This document shows positions 48,525-57,921 of a DNA stretch of 63,610 nucleotides, one piece after another. A program made the position numbers and the translations under genes. The stretch comes from Bacteroidia bacterium (lineage in GTDB: Bacteria; Bacteroidota; Bacteroidia; NS11-12g; UBA955): contig CBFHXF010000001.1 of NCBI GenBank assembly GCA_965659745.1, positions 55,764 through 119,373 on the forward strand, given 5' to 3'. Below the pieces are notes generated by a model. It was not told the origin of the DNA, searched no databases, and was given only the letters and a program-made list of their open reading frames with translations. Numbering within the stretch: the stretch's first letter is position 1; the number at the start of each line of letters is the position of its first letter.

Positions 48525-49454
48525 TTATAAATTTTTTTGTGCCAACAAAAACAGAACCGCCATTCGAATCGCCACTCCATTTTCTACTTGTTGCAAGATA
48601 ATACTGTGTTCGCTATCTGCTACTTCGCTGCTAATTTCTACGCCTCTATTAATGGGACCTGGATGCATGATAAGTAATTCTTTATCTAGTTTTTTCAAAC
48701 GCTGCATGTCGAGTCCATAAAGTTTTGAATACTCTTTTAGCGAAGGAAAAAATCGGGCATCTTGGCGTTCTAATTGAATCCGCAACATATTAGCCACATC
48801 TGCCCATTTAAGAGCTTCATCGAGATTATGCGATACTTTCACGCCTAAGGTTTCGATGTATTTAGGAATTAACGTTGCCGGTCCACAAACCATTACTTCC
48901 GCCCCTAATAATTGTAAGCAATAAATATTACTTAAGGCAACGCGGGAGTGTTTGATATCCCCTACTATTAACACGCGTTTCCCCTGTAAATTTCCTTTGA
49001 AATGATTTCTGATGGAAAAAGCATCGAGTAAAGCTTGGGTTGGATGTTCGTGTGTGCCATCTCCGGCATTTATTATTTGAGAATCGACATGCTTGGATAA
49101 GAATTGACATGCGCCTGGTGCAGGATGTCGCATTACAATCATATCCACTTTCATGCTCAAAATATTGTTGACGGTGTCAATTAATGTTTCCCCTTTTTTT
49201 ACACTCGAGGAAGAGCTAGAAAAGTTAACCACGTCGGCTCCTAAGCGTTTTTCTGCTAATTCAAAAGACACACGGGTTCTGGTTGAATTTTCAAAAAACA
49301 GATTGGCGATGGTTATATCACGAAGCGCAGGCGTTTTTTTAACCGGAGCTTTCAGTAACTCTGAAAAATTGTCTGCCGTTTGGAATATGGATTCAATCTG
49401 CTGAGGTTGCAGTCCTTTAATACCAAGGAGATGTTTGATAGCGCCTGTGCTCAT
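48525..49454 (-). CDS. pyrB: Aspartate carbamoyltransferase catalytic subunit
   Basis: 309 aa. Shows FFENSTRTRVSFE, HPTQALLD and HPGPINRG. Confidence 0.9.
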   Translation of the reverse strand: MSTGAIKHLLGIKGLQPQQIESIFQTADNFSELLKAPVKKTPALRDITIANLFFENSTRTRVSFELAEKRLGADVVNFSSSSSSVKKGETLIDTVNNILSMKVDMIVMRHPAPGACQFLSKHVDSQIINAGDGTHEHPTQALLDAFSIRNHFKGNLQGKRVLIVGDIKHSRVALSNIYCLQLLGAEVMVCGPATLIPKYIETLGVKVSHNLDEALKWADVANMLRIQLERQDARFFPSLKEYSKLYGLDMQRLKKLDKELLIMHPGPINRGVEISSEVADSEHSIILQQVENGVAIRMAVLFLLAQKNL

Positions 49455-50002
49455 AACTTTTTATCTAATAACCAAACCAATACTTCTGATTGAGAATTCC
49501 ATTCTACTTTAACAAATTGTTCGGTGTTTCTACTATCGATTGAAACCCCTTTGTAATCTGGCTTTATCGGAACTTCACGCTGATGAATTCGATCTACCAT
49601 AACCATTAATTCAATATCAGAGGGTCTACCGAATCTCATAATGGCGTCAATTGCAGCTCGAATACTTCTCCCTGTATAAAGGACATCATCAATTAAGATT
49701 ATACGCACGTTTTCCGTAGAAAAATCCACTTTGGAGGGCTTAGGTATGTGAATTCCTCCTCTGCTAATATCGTCGCGATAAAAGGTATGATCTAAAGTAC
49801 CGAATTTTACTTCTTTGTTGGTAATATCTGTGATGGCGTTTTTAACGGCTTCGGCCAATTCAATACCTCTTGGTTGCAATCCAATGATAGCAGATTGACT
49901 AAAATCACCATGATTTTCAATTAGTTCGAGAGCAAAACGTTTGATTATTAAATCGGTTCTTTGAGGATTTAATAATATTCTCTTGGGTGAATTATCGTTC
50001 AT
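49451..50002 (-). CDS. pyrR: Bifunctional pyr operon regulator / uracil phosphoribosyltransferase PyrR
   Basis: 183 aa. PRTase motif IILIDDVLYTGRSIRAA. Overlaps the pyrB start by 4 nt. Confidence 0.85.
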   Translation of the reverse strand: MNDNSPKRILLNPQRTDLIIKRFALELIENHGDFSQSAIIGLQPRGIELAEAVKNAITDITNKEVKFGTLDHTFYRDDISRGGIHIPKPSKVDFSTENVRIILIDDVLYTGRSIRAAIDAIMRFGRPSDIELMVMVDRIHQREVPIKPDYKGVSIDSRNTEQFVKVEWNSQSEVLVWLLDKKL

Positions 50003-50402
50003 CTGCTAATTCCAAAATAATATTGAACTGTGTTTCGGTTAAGGCAATCACGGATAAACGTGGCTGTTTTATAAGTCCCATGTCTGACAATCTCGCGTCG
50101 CCCTTCATTTGTGCTAAACCTACGGTTTTTTTGAATTTTTTAATTGGTTTCACATCCACTACAACCCATTGATTACTATCGGTTGTAGGATCTTGATATG
50201 CTTCCTTCACGACTTCTGCTATACCTACTACTTCTTTACCTTCGTTGCTATGATAGAAAAGGCACCAATCTCCTTTTTTCATATCTCGTAAATTATTTCT
50301 TGCCTGAAAGTTTCGAACTCCATCCCAGAAAGTTTGTTGGTCCTTTTCGAATTGCTCCCAACTATACTTAAAAGGTTCGGATTTTAGCAGCCAATGATTC
50401 AC
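49992..50402 (-). CDS. EVE (PUA-like, DUF55) domain protein
   Basis: 136 aa with a GTG start. MNHWLLKSEPFKYSWEQF ... WDGVRNFQARNNLRDMKKGD is a typical EVE domain. Its 3' end overlaps the pyrR start by 11 nt. Confidence 0.7.
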   Translation of the reverse strand: MNHWLLKSEPFKYSWEQFEKDQQTFWDGVRNFQARNNLRDMKKGDWCLFYHSNEGKEVVGIAEVVKEAYQDPTTDSNQWVVVDVKPIKKFKKTVGLAQMKGDARLSDMGLIKQPRLSVIALTETQFNIILELADER

Positions 50403-50488
50403 AAAGGCAAAATAATGCCAAATACCTCAAAGAAAAAAACAATTTACCATACAATATGTGGACAAAACCAATATTACACTCAAAAAAA

Positions 50489-50520
50489 TGTCAATAATCT
50501 TGACATTGGTAAAATTATTG
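50489..50520. promoter_or_regulatory. Nested inverted repeats (candidate operator) in the EVE / XRE-S24 divergent spacer
   Basis: TGTCAA-taatc-TTGACA at 50489-50505, and CAATAAT-N15-ATTATTG at 50492-50520. Both were read directly from the sequence, and both overlap the -33 region of the predicted promoter. Confidence 0.35.
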
Positions 50521-50523
50521 CCT

Positions 50524-50531
50524 TATATTTG
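50524..50531 (+). promoter_or_regulatory. Candidate -7 box (TATATTTG) of the XRE-S24 repressor gene
   Basis: Exact TAnnTTTG match 18 nt upstream of the ATG at 50549. A TTG sits 21 nt upstream at 50500-50502. Confidence 0.4.
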
Positions 50532-50548
50532 TTAAAAAAAGAGACAAT

Positions 50549-51367
50549 ATGTTTTTAAAAGAGAATATCAAACTACTCCGTAAACGCCGCAAACGCAGTC
50601 AAGAAGATGTAGCGGGAAGTCTTGGAATTACGCGTTCTGCCTACAACAGTTACGAGAATGGTGTTGCGGAACCTGGGATTTCAGTACTTTTAAAACTTTC
50701 GGACTTTTACCAAGTGAATATTGACAAGTTGCTTCGGATTGACCTTTCTGTAATTTCAGAAAGTCAATTGGCACAATTGGAAAAAGGCTTCGATATGGAT
50801 CTAACTGGAACGCGACTGCGCATATTGGCAACCACGGTAGATTCACAAAATGAGGAAAATGTAGAATGGGTTCCATTAAAAGCCAAGGCGGGATATACTA
50901 CAGGATATGCAGATCCTGAATTCATCAAGGTTTTACCCGCATTTAACATGCCTTTTTTGTCTTCTAATAAGAAATACCGAACCTTCCCTATTTCAGGCGA
51001 CAGTATGCCTCCCGTTTTAGACGGTGGATTTGTAACTGGAGAATATTTACAAGATTGGAATATGGTTAAAAACGGACGTCCCTACATAGTAGTTACCCAA
51101 GAAGATGGCATTGTGTTTAAAATTTTATACAACCGTGTTGAAGAAGACGGTACCTTTTTATTGTGTTCTACCAATCCTATGTATCAGCCCTACCCTGTTA
51201 AAGTTCAAGACATCCTTGAAATATGGAAGTTTGTGCACTACATAAATCCAAAATTTGAAGAGCCAAGTGCTTCCGACCAAAGCGATGTAGGGCCAACTTT
51301 GCGCATTTTACAAAGGGAAATTGGCATGATTAAAGACAAAGTAAAGAATATAGAGGATAAAATTTAA
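50549..51367 (+). CDS. LexA-like repressor: XRE-family HTH plus S24 peptidase domain
   Basis: 272 aa. The N-terminal HTH_3 reads LRKRRKRSQEDVAGSLGITRSAYNSYENG. The S24 serine motif is PISGDSMPP, with a downstream Lys in GIVFKILYN. The C-terminal tail looks coiled-coil. Confidence 0.75.
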   Translation: MFLKENIKLLRKRRKRSQEDVAGSLGITRSAYNSYENGVAEPGISVLLKLSDFYQVNIDKLLRIDLSVISESQLAQLEKGFDMDLTGTRLRILATTVDSQNEENVEWVPLKAKAGYTTGYADPEFIKVLPAFNMPFLSSNKKYRTFPISGDSMPPVLDGGFVTGEYLQDWNMVKNGRPYIVVTQEDGIVFKILYNRVEEDGTFLLCSTNPMYQPYPVKVQDILEIWKFVHYINPKFEEPSASDQSDVGPTLRILQREIGMIKDKVKNIEDKI

Positions 51368-51433
51368 ACAATGTATTTCGCCACATAAGCGAAGCAATAG
51401 TATATTCGCAGTCTCAATTCGATTGAAACAATT

Positions 51434-52420
51434 ATGAAATTCAATAAAGACACCTATTTGGAGTGGTACCGTGTAATGATGTTGGTACGTCGTTTCGAAG
51501 AAAAGGCCGCTCAATTATATGGCAAACAAAAAATCAAAGGTTTTTGTCACCTTTATATAGGACAAGAAGCATTGGTTGCCGCGATGAAAACCGCATTAAC
51601 ACCAGATGATAAAGTAATCACTGCTTATCGCGACCACGGTCATGCTCTTGCTCTTGGTATAACCCCTAATGCTGTAATGGCAGAATTGTACGGTAAAGCT
51701 ACCGGTTGTAGTGGTGGAAAAGGCGGAAGCATGCATATGTTCTCTAAGGAGCACAATTTCTTTGGTGGACATGGTATTGTAGGCGCTCAAATACCTCTAG
51801 GTGCAGGAATGGCATTAGCAGAACAATATAATGGAACGAGCAATGTTTCTGTTTGTTATTTTGGTGACGGTGCCGTAAGACAGGGTGCTTTACATGAAGC
51901 CTTTAATATGGCGATGCTTTGGAAATTGCCCGTTATATTCATTTGTGAGAATAATGAATATGCAATGGGAACAAGTGTATCTCGTACTACCAATATGCTC
52001 GACATCTATAAAATTGGTGCGGCATATGACATGCCTAGTTATCAAGTAGACGGCATGAAATGCGAAACAGTTCACGAAGCAATGTTCCAGGCTGCAGAGG
52101 AAGCACGTAAAGGTAACGGTCCAACATTCTTAGAAATCAAAACCTATCGTTATCGCGGACACAGCATGAGCGATCCTGCTAGTTACCGTACCAAAGAAGA
52201 ATTGGCTGAATACAAAGATAAAGACCCTATTGAAACCACTAAAATTAGCATTCTCAAAAATAAGTTCGCTACCGAGGCTGAATTAGAGGCCATGGAAGAA
52301 GAAATTATTAAACAAGTTGAAGAAAGTGTAACTTTTGCAGAGGAATCACCTCTACCTGATGCCTCATTATTATTCAGAGATGTGTATGTGGAAGACGATT
52401 ATCCATATATAATGGATTGA
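51434..52420 (+). CDS. pdhA: Pyruvate dehydrogenase E1 component subunit alpha
   Basis: 328 aa. Shows GFCHLYIGQEA, the ThDP motif GDGAVRQGALHEAFNMAMLWKLPVIFICENN and YRYRGHSMSDP. Confidence 0.9.
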   Translation: MKFNKDTYLEWYRVMMLVRRFEEKAAQLYGKQKIKGFCHLYIGQEALVAAMKTALTPDDKVITAYRDHGHALALGITPNAVMAELYGKATGCSGGKGGSMHMFSKEHNFFGGHGIVGAQIPLGAGMALAEQYNGTSNVSVCYFGDGAVRQGALHEAFNMAMLWKLPVIFICENNEYAMGTSVSRTTNMLDIYKIGAAYDMPSYQVDGMKCETVHEAMFQAAEEARKGNGPTFLEIKTYRYRGHSMSDPASYRTKEELAEYKDKDPIETTKISILKNKFATEAELEAMEEEIIKQVEESVTFAEESPLPDASLLFRDVYVEDDYPYIMD

Positions 52421-52467
52421 TATCTTAAAAAAACAAAGGAGTTTTACTATATTCGCCCCCTCAAATT

Positions 52468-53145
52468 ATGGACAATTTAGACGCGTTAGCACAATTCAAA
52501 GAGAAGTTTTCTGCTTTTTACACCGCAAATAAGAAGAGCATTTTGATCGTTTCGGCAGTCGTAGTGGCAGGTATTGCTGGTGGTTATTATTGGGCTATTG
52601 AATACATACCCGCTCAAGAAAGCAAAGCAGCGAAGGCATTAGCCCCTATGCATTACTATTTCAAAAAGGATTCTATGGAAATCGTTTTGAATGGAGATAA
52701 GTCCCGCAAAATCAAATCTGCAAAATCAATAGCAGATGAGTATGGTTCTACTCAAAAGGGTAAAGAAGCCGCTTTAATGACGGGAATAGCTTACATGCGC
52801 ACCAAAAAATACGATGAAGCATTAGACTATATAGATAAAACTGAGGCCAACGATGAAATTTTGGCCGGTGCTATTCTTAACATGAAAGCCGTTTGTTATT
52901 CAAATTTAGGAGAGACTGAAAAAGCAGCCTCTTATTTTGCGAAAGCCGGTGATTTAGCGGAAAATGAATTTTCTGCAGAATATTACAAACGTGCAGGTAT
53001 TCATTACGAAACTGCTGAAAATTACGAAAAAGCCTTAAAATACTACCAGTTAATTGCTGACAAATACCCAACTTCTGGCGTAGGTTCAGACATTAATAAG
53101 TACGTATACAAAATGAAAGCGAAATTGGGTGAGTACAATCCCTAA
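52468..53145 (+). CDS. Membrane-anchored tetratricopeptide-repeat protein
   Basis: 225 aa with a single TM helix (ILIVSAVVVAGIAGGYYWAI), followed by TPR-like helical repeats (YEKALKYYQLIADKYP). Confidence 0.55.
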   Translation: MDNLDALAQFKEKFSAFYTANKKSILIVSAVVVAGIAGGYYWAIEYIPAQESKAAKALAPMHYYFKKDSMEIVLNGDKSRKIKSAKSIADEYGSTQKGKEAALMTGIAYMRTKKYDEALDYIDKTEANDEILAGAILNMKAVCYSNLGETEKAASYFAKAGDLAENEFSAEYYKRAGIHYETAENYEKALKYYQLIADKYPTSGVGSDINKYVYKMKAKLGEYNP

Positions 53146-53159
53146 CACCTAAGAATCTA

Positions 53160-53642
53160 GTGTCAGACGCGGTTTTCAAATACGACTTTTCCCCACATAA
53201 AACTTTACTTTCGAACTTAAAAATCGGCATTGTAACGGCTATGTGGAATTCAGATATAACCTCCGAACTTCATAGAGGGGCTTTAGACACCCTTATTTCC
53301 CTTGGAGTAAGTAATAAAAAAATTGTCGAATTGCAAGTTGCAGGTGCATTTGAGCTTCCTTTGGGTGCATCGCATCTCATTCATAAAAGCCATTGCGATG
53401 GAGTAATTGCTTTGGGTTGTGTTATTAAAGGTGACACTCCTCATTTTGATTATGTTTGTGAGGGTGCGACTCAAGGAATCATGACTTTAATGTTAGCCAC
53501 GCAGAAACCTGTAGGTTTTGGTTTGATAACTACTTTGAACCTCCAACAAGCCTTAGAAAGAACTGGCGGCATTCACGGACATAAAGGCCGAGAGGCTGCC
53601 GAAACCGTGCTGCAACAATTAATCGAATACCAAAATCTATAA
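53160..53642 (+). CDS. ribH: 6,7-dimethyl-8-ribityllumazine synthase
   Basis: 160 aa with a GTG start. Shows IGIVTAMWN, VAGAFELP and VIALGCVIKGDTPHFDYV. Confidence 0.9.
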   Translation: MSDAVFKYDFSPHKTLLSNLKIGIVTAMWNSDITSELHRGALDTLISLGVSNKKIVELQVAGAFELPLGASHLIHKSHCDGVIALGCVIKGDTPHFDYVCEGATQGIMTLMLATQKPVGFGLITTLNLQQALERTGGIHGHKGREAAETVLQQLIEYQNL

Positions 53643-53670
53643 ATTAATATCATTAGTATTGCCCAACGAA

Positions 53671-55470
53671 ATGAATTCGCAATCTGAAAATTACAACGAG
53701 CAGTTAAATCTTGCTGAAAATTTGATCAACCAACAGGAGGAAGATCAAACCAATCGCGACAAATTCAGCCGATTAACGAAAGAAGAGATTATTGAGGCCG
53801 CGGAAAGCTTGATCCAGACAGCGGATGTGAAAAGCGCCTATGAAAATCTTTTATTATTAAAGGAAATCTATGAAAAACATAGCGCGGATGAAAAACCAGC
53901 AAAAATCCAAGAATGGATTGCGGCTGGAAATGATCCTAAAGATTTCGTGCCTGCTAATGATGAATTAAAGTCAAAATTACATGATATCTTCAATCGCTTC
54001 CATAAATTAAGGGAGGACGAAAAAAAGCGCGCCGAAGAAGAAAAACTAGCCAACCTTAAAGAAAAACAAGGTATTTTAGAAAAAATCCGTGCCCTAGTCG
54101 ATACAGAAGAAACTGAAAATACATTGACAGAGTTGCGCGATCTTATGCGCAGTTGGAAAGAAGTACGTACAATACCCAAAGAATTTCACGATGCCTTGGC
54201 ATCTGAATACCGTATTTTGGTTGAAAAATACTACGATAATCTTTCGATATTCAACGAGTTAAAAGATTTGGACCGAGAAAAGAATCTTGAAATCAAAATC
54301 GAACTTATCAAAAAAGTCGAAGCCCTTAAGGATGAAAGTTCAATGCGCAAGGCTATCGTTACCCTTAACAAATACCACGAAGATTGGAAAAACGCAGGTC
54401 CAGTGCGCCGCGAAATTTCTGATGAAATTTGGACGCGTTTCAAGGCAGCTAGCGATCTAATTATCGATAGAGTAAAACAACAACGTGCCGAACTTGATGC
54501 CAAACGTCAAGTAAACCTTGAAAAGAAAATGTTGCTGGTAGAAAAGAGCGAAACGGCTATTACCGCAATGCCCGAAAATACTGCAGATTGGCAGAAGCTT
54601 GGAAAAGAATTGGATTCTTATTTTGAAGAATGGAAAAAAATCGGTCCCGTACCCGCTCAGAATAATGAGGAAATATGGGCTCGTTTCCAGGGTGTCAGAA
54701 ATACATACTACACGGCTAGAAAGCTTTATTTTAAAGATTTAAACAAGAATAAAGTTGATAATCTCAAATTAAAAGAGAGCTTATGTGAAAAGGCCGAAGC
54801 GCTTAAAGATTCTGAAGAATTTATGAAAACTTCGGATAAACTAAAAGAGCTACAGGAGCAATGGAAAAAAATAGGTCCAGTACCTGATGAACACAACCAA
54901 GTAATCTGGAATCGTTTTCGTGCGGCATTTGATTACTTTTTTGAACGTAGGAATGTATTCTTTGACGAACGCAAAAAACAGGAGTCTGGCGCTGTTCAAG
55001 CTAGAGAAGCCATCATTACTATTTTGCAAGAATTGAGTATTGAAGGTGCCGAAATTAGCTTTGAGAAACTGAAAACCATTCAGAATGACTGGAATAACGC
55101 CGGCTTTGTTTCAGGCAAACGTTTTCATTCTTTGAATAACAAATATCAGAAAATAATCGACCCGTTATTTCAAAAGCTTAGAGAAGAAAATAAATTGGAT
55201 CGTGTTAAAAACGTTAAAAATTACGTTGATGGCATGAAAGATTCCGCAGAAGGCAAATCCAAACTTAAATTCGAAGAGCGTAAACTTAAAGATTTGGTTA
55301 AAAAGATCGAAGACGAAATAGCCACAATTGATAATAATAAGAGTTTTTTCCAATTATCTAAGAACGCAGATGCTGTATTAAAACAGTTTGATGATAAAAT
55401 TCGCAAACTACAAGAACAAAAGGAACGCCTTCTTGCCGAGTTAAACGTATACAAACAGAGCCAATCGTAA
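53671..55470 (+). CDS. DUF349 domain-containing protein
   Basis: Start moved to the ATG at 53671. The protein is Lys/Glu-rich and helical, with repeated W+xxGPVP...IWxRF units (WKNAGPVRREISDEIWTRF, WKKIGPVPAQNNEEIWARF, WKKIGPVPDEHNQVIWNRF). Confidence 0.75.
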   Translation: MNSQSENYNEQLNLAENLINQQEEDQTNRDKFSRLTKEEIIEAAESLIQTADVKSAYENLLLLKEIYEKHSADEKPAKIQEWIAAGNDPKDFVPANDELKSKLHDIFNRFHKLREDEKKRAEEEKLANLKEKQGILEKIRALVDTEETENTLTELRDLMRSWKEVRTIPKEFHDALASEYRILVEKYYDNLSIFNELKDLDREKNLEIKIELIKKVEALKDESSMRKAIVTLNKYHEDWKNAGPVRREISDEIWTRFKAASDLIIDRVKQQRAELDAKRQVNLEKKMLLVEKSETAITAMPENTADWQKLGKELDSYFEEWKKIGPVPAQNNEEIWARFQGVRNTYYTARKLYFKDLNKNKVDNLKLKESLCEKAEALKDSEEFMKTSDKLKELQEQWKKIGPVPDEHNQVIWNRFRAAFDYFFERRNVFFDERKKQESGAVQAREAIITILQELSIEGAEISFEKLKTIQNDWNNAGFVSGKRFHSLNNKYQKIIDPLFQKLREENKLDRVKNVKNYVDGMKDSAEGKSKLKFEERKLKDLVKKIEDEIATIDNNKSFFQLSKNADAVLKQFDDKIRKLQEQKERLLAELNVYKQSQS

Positions 55471-56214
55471 ATGCTCCAATCTCTTACTCGTATCTTTGAC
55501 TATATCGGGTATTTATTTGGTGCTACAGACTTACATGGCATCCACTCCCCTTTTATATACTCATTAGCGGAGTCTGTTCTTTACAATAAATTAGATAAAC
55601 GCATTGAGTCCGTTGAATTTCAACGGACTCAAATGTTAAAAAGCAAGGGTCAATTTCTGGATCAGTCATTGGCACCCTTCGTCGATTCCTTTACCCTTCC
55701 TTCAAAGCACGCATTTGCTCTAGGTCAATTGGTAAATTACTTAGATATCCAAAACATTACAGAATATGGAAAAACAACGGGTATCGAAACCAATTATGTG
55801 CTTTACTTTCCACTTATACTTAAGAACGTTCCCATAGAATATCGCTATATATTTCCCAGTGATAATTCAGTAAAAATAAAAACCAACGAGCTTTGGTTGA
55901 AAAACTACCCCAATGAAATGGAAAACATAAAATGGGATCATTCCACTCCTAAAGTGAATAATTGGGAATTGCACATTGTTCACCTAAGTGAAAATTCTGA
56001 AGAAATATGGCAGTTTTGGGAACAACAATCAAAGAAATTCCATAATAATACTATTGTGGTAATTACGAATATTAGGCACAGTGATGATCATTATTTAAAA
56101 TGGAAACAAGTGAGTAATGACGCCAAAGTAACCGTAGATATTGATTTATTCAGGTTGGGAATATTATTTTTTAGAAAAGAACAACCCAAGGAATCATTTT
56201 TATTACGATATTAG
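55471..56214 (+). CDS. Hypothetical protein
   Basis: 247 aa. Its ATG immediately follows the DUF349 stop. I do not recognise a family with confidence. Confidence 0.4.
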   Translation: MLQSLTRIFDYIGYLFGATDLHGIHSPFIYSLAESVLYNKLDKRIESVEFQRTQMLKSKGQFLDQSLAPFVDSFTLPSKHAFALGQLVNYLDIQNITEYGKTTGIETNYVLYFPLILKNVPIEYRYIFPSDNSVKIKTNELWLKNYPNEMENIKWDHSTPKVNNWELHIVHLSENSEEIWQFWEQQSKKFHNNTIVVITNIRHSDDHYLKWKQVSNDAKVTVDIDLFRLGILFFRKEQPKESFLLRY

Positions 56215-56225
56215 TACACGCTAAT

Positions 56226-56618
56226 ATGGAATGGATACATAAAATTAGAGTACGGTACGCAGAATGCGATAGAATGGGTTTTGTACACCATTCGGTTTAT
56301 GCACTATACTTCGAAGAAGCCCGTACGGAAATACTCCGACAGGCGGGTATAACCTATAAGGAAATGGAAGACGAAGGTCTCATCATGCCCGTTCGATCTA
56401 TGGGAATGACGTTTAAAAAAGCGGCAAAGTATGACGATTTACTTGAAATTCACGTACAAATAGAAGGACATGTTGAGGTAAGGGCCCATTTTCATTACAC
56501 CGTTTACAACCAAAATAAAGAGTTATTGTGTACGGGTTTTACTGAAATGTTTTTTGTTAACAAAGACAGTATGAGGCCGATGAGGTTACCCGAAAAATAT
56601 AAAGTACACATGCAATAA
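56226..56618 (+). CDS. YbgC/4HBT-family acyl-CoA thioesterase
   Basis: 130 aa. RVRYAECDRMGFVHHSVYALYFEEAR is the typical hotdog thioesterase N-terminus. Confidence 0.75.
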   Translation: MEWIHKIRVRYAECDRMGFVHHSVYALYFEEARTEILRQAGITYKEMEDEGLIMPVRSMGMTFKKAAKYDDLLEIHVQIEGHVEVRAHFHYTVYNQNKELLCTGFTEMFFVNKDSMRPMRLPEKYKVHMQ

Positions 56619-57628
56619 TGTCTCGATTTTATCGCCCGTATCATAAACATTTTGGAAAAGGCGCGAATCCGGATTCCACAAATAAAGCGGAACCAAATCC
56701 GGTGCCCGTGGAAAATCCTGTTGCTAAGAAAATTAGGATTTACTTAGAGTCTAAGACATTTAGAGGTTTACATGGACATAGTTTGTATGATGTTGGTCGT
56801 TATTTTTTAAGATCACTATTCATGGAAAATTTGAGCGTAAGGGCCTCTTCGCTCAGTTTTAACTTTTTCCTGGCATTATTTCCTGCTTTGATATTTTTAT
56901 TAACCTTGATTGCCTATTTGCCCTATGATGGACTCAAAACGCAATTAATGGAGCAGTTGTCTATGATTTTACCCGAAAGGTCATATAAAGAAATTGCAGA
57001 CACAATCTCCGAGATCCTTAATAAACAAAATTCAAGTCTATTGTCTTTCGGTTTTGTTTTCACCATATATTTCGCCTCTAATGCCTTTCATTTGCTCATT
57101 AGCAGTTTTAATAAACGATTGGTTGCTTCCACTTTAATTAAACAAAATTGGTTCATAATAAGAGGAAAGGCCGTCTTTCTAACCGTATTACAAACGGTTT
57201 TAATTATCATCTTTCTGTCTTTGGTTACTTGGGCCTACCAGATTGAGCATTTTATGGAAGTTAATAATTGGCCCTTGGTTGCCGTTTACAACTTTTTTGT
57301 AGAACTTCTGAAATATATCCTCATGATGGGCTTGTTTCTATTAGCCATATCAAGTCTCTATTATTTTGCCCCCTCAAAAACCGATAAATGGAAATTCTTT
57401 ACGATTGGCTCGTTTTTAGCAAGCGCACTCTCAATTATAGCTACTTTTGGATTTACCCTTTACGTGAATAACTTCGACAGTTATAACAAAATTTACGGAT
57501 CCATAGGGGCCATATTGGCCTTAATGGTTTTAATCTATATTAATGTTTTGTTAGTGATTATAGGCTTCGAATTGAATACCAGTATCGATAAAGCAGAAAT
57601 CCGATACGCGAACCGAAATAAGCATTAA
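56618..57628 (+). CDS. YihY/BrkB family membrane protein
   Basis: 336 aa. Contains ASSLSFNFFLALFPALIFL and later GSIGAILALMVLIYINVLLVIIGFELN. Multi-TM. Confidence 0.75.
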   Translation: MSRFYRPYHKHFGKGANPDSTNKAEPNPVPVENPVAKKIRIYLESKTFRGLHGHSLYDVGRYFLRSLFMENLSVRASSLSFNFFLALFPALIFLLTLIAYLPYDGLKTQLMEQLSMILPERSYKEIADTISEILNKQNSSLLSFGFVFTIYFASNAFHLLISSFNKRLVASTLIKQNWFIIRGKAVFLTVLQTVLIIIFLSLVTWAYQIEHFMEVNNWPLVAVYNFFVELLKYILMMGLFLLAISSLYYFAPSKTDKWKFFTIGSFLASALSIIATFGFTLYVNNFDSYNKIYGSIGAILALMVLIYINVLLVIIGFELNTSIDKAEIRYANRNKH

Positions 57629-57921
57629 GAACTTACGAAGATTTTCTCAACTAGCACTTCTCCATAAAATTCGTTTATTTTACCCACTACCAAATGCTTT
57701 TGAAGGTAAATTTCATTTTTCAAAGGGGGATTATCTACTTTTATATAAAGCGTTTTATCTTTTAACGTGATTTCCGTTGTGTGTTTGGTAATCATAGTGC
57801 CAAATATTTCACCCCAATCTTTCTGAATCTTCGACTCCAATGCTTTAGTATCTAAGCGGTAACGCTTATACATTTGCTCAAGTATAGAACCTATCGAAAT
57901 ATCTTTGTCTTTATGCCTCAT
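57625..57921 (-). CDS. DUF721 domain-containing protein
   Basis: 98 aa. The KDWGEIFG ... LYIKVDNPPLKNEI pattern fits DUF721. Overlaps the upstream permease stop by 11 nt. Confidence 0.55.
   Translation of the reverse strand: MRHKDKDISIGSILEQMYKRYRLDTKALESKIQKDWGEIFGTMITKHTTEITLKDKTLYIKVDNPPLKNEIYLQKHLVVGKINEFYGEVLVEKIFVSS

Noticed and set aside
50500-50505. TTGACA looks like a perfect sigma-70 -35 hexamer.
   Set aside because: Bacteroidota primary sigma factors use -33 TTTG and -7 TAnnTTTG rather than TTGACA/TATAAT. The hexamer is better explained as one half of the TGTCAA-N5-TTGACA palindrome.
53868-54503. Two antisense ORFs (103 and 90 aa, Ser/Phe/Arg-rich) inside the DUF349 gene, and two more at 55165-55454.
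   Set aside because: They are mirror images of the Lys/Glu-rich repetitive DUF349 coding sequence. The low-complexity translation offers no independent support.
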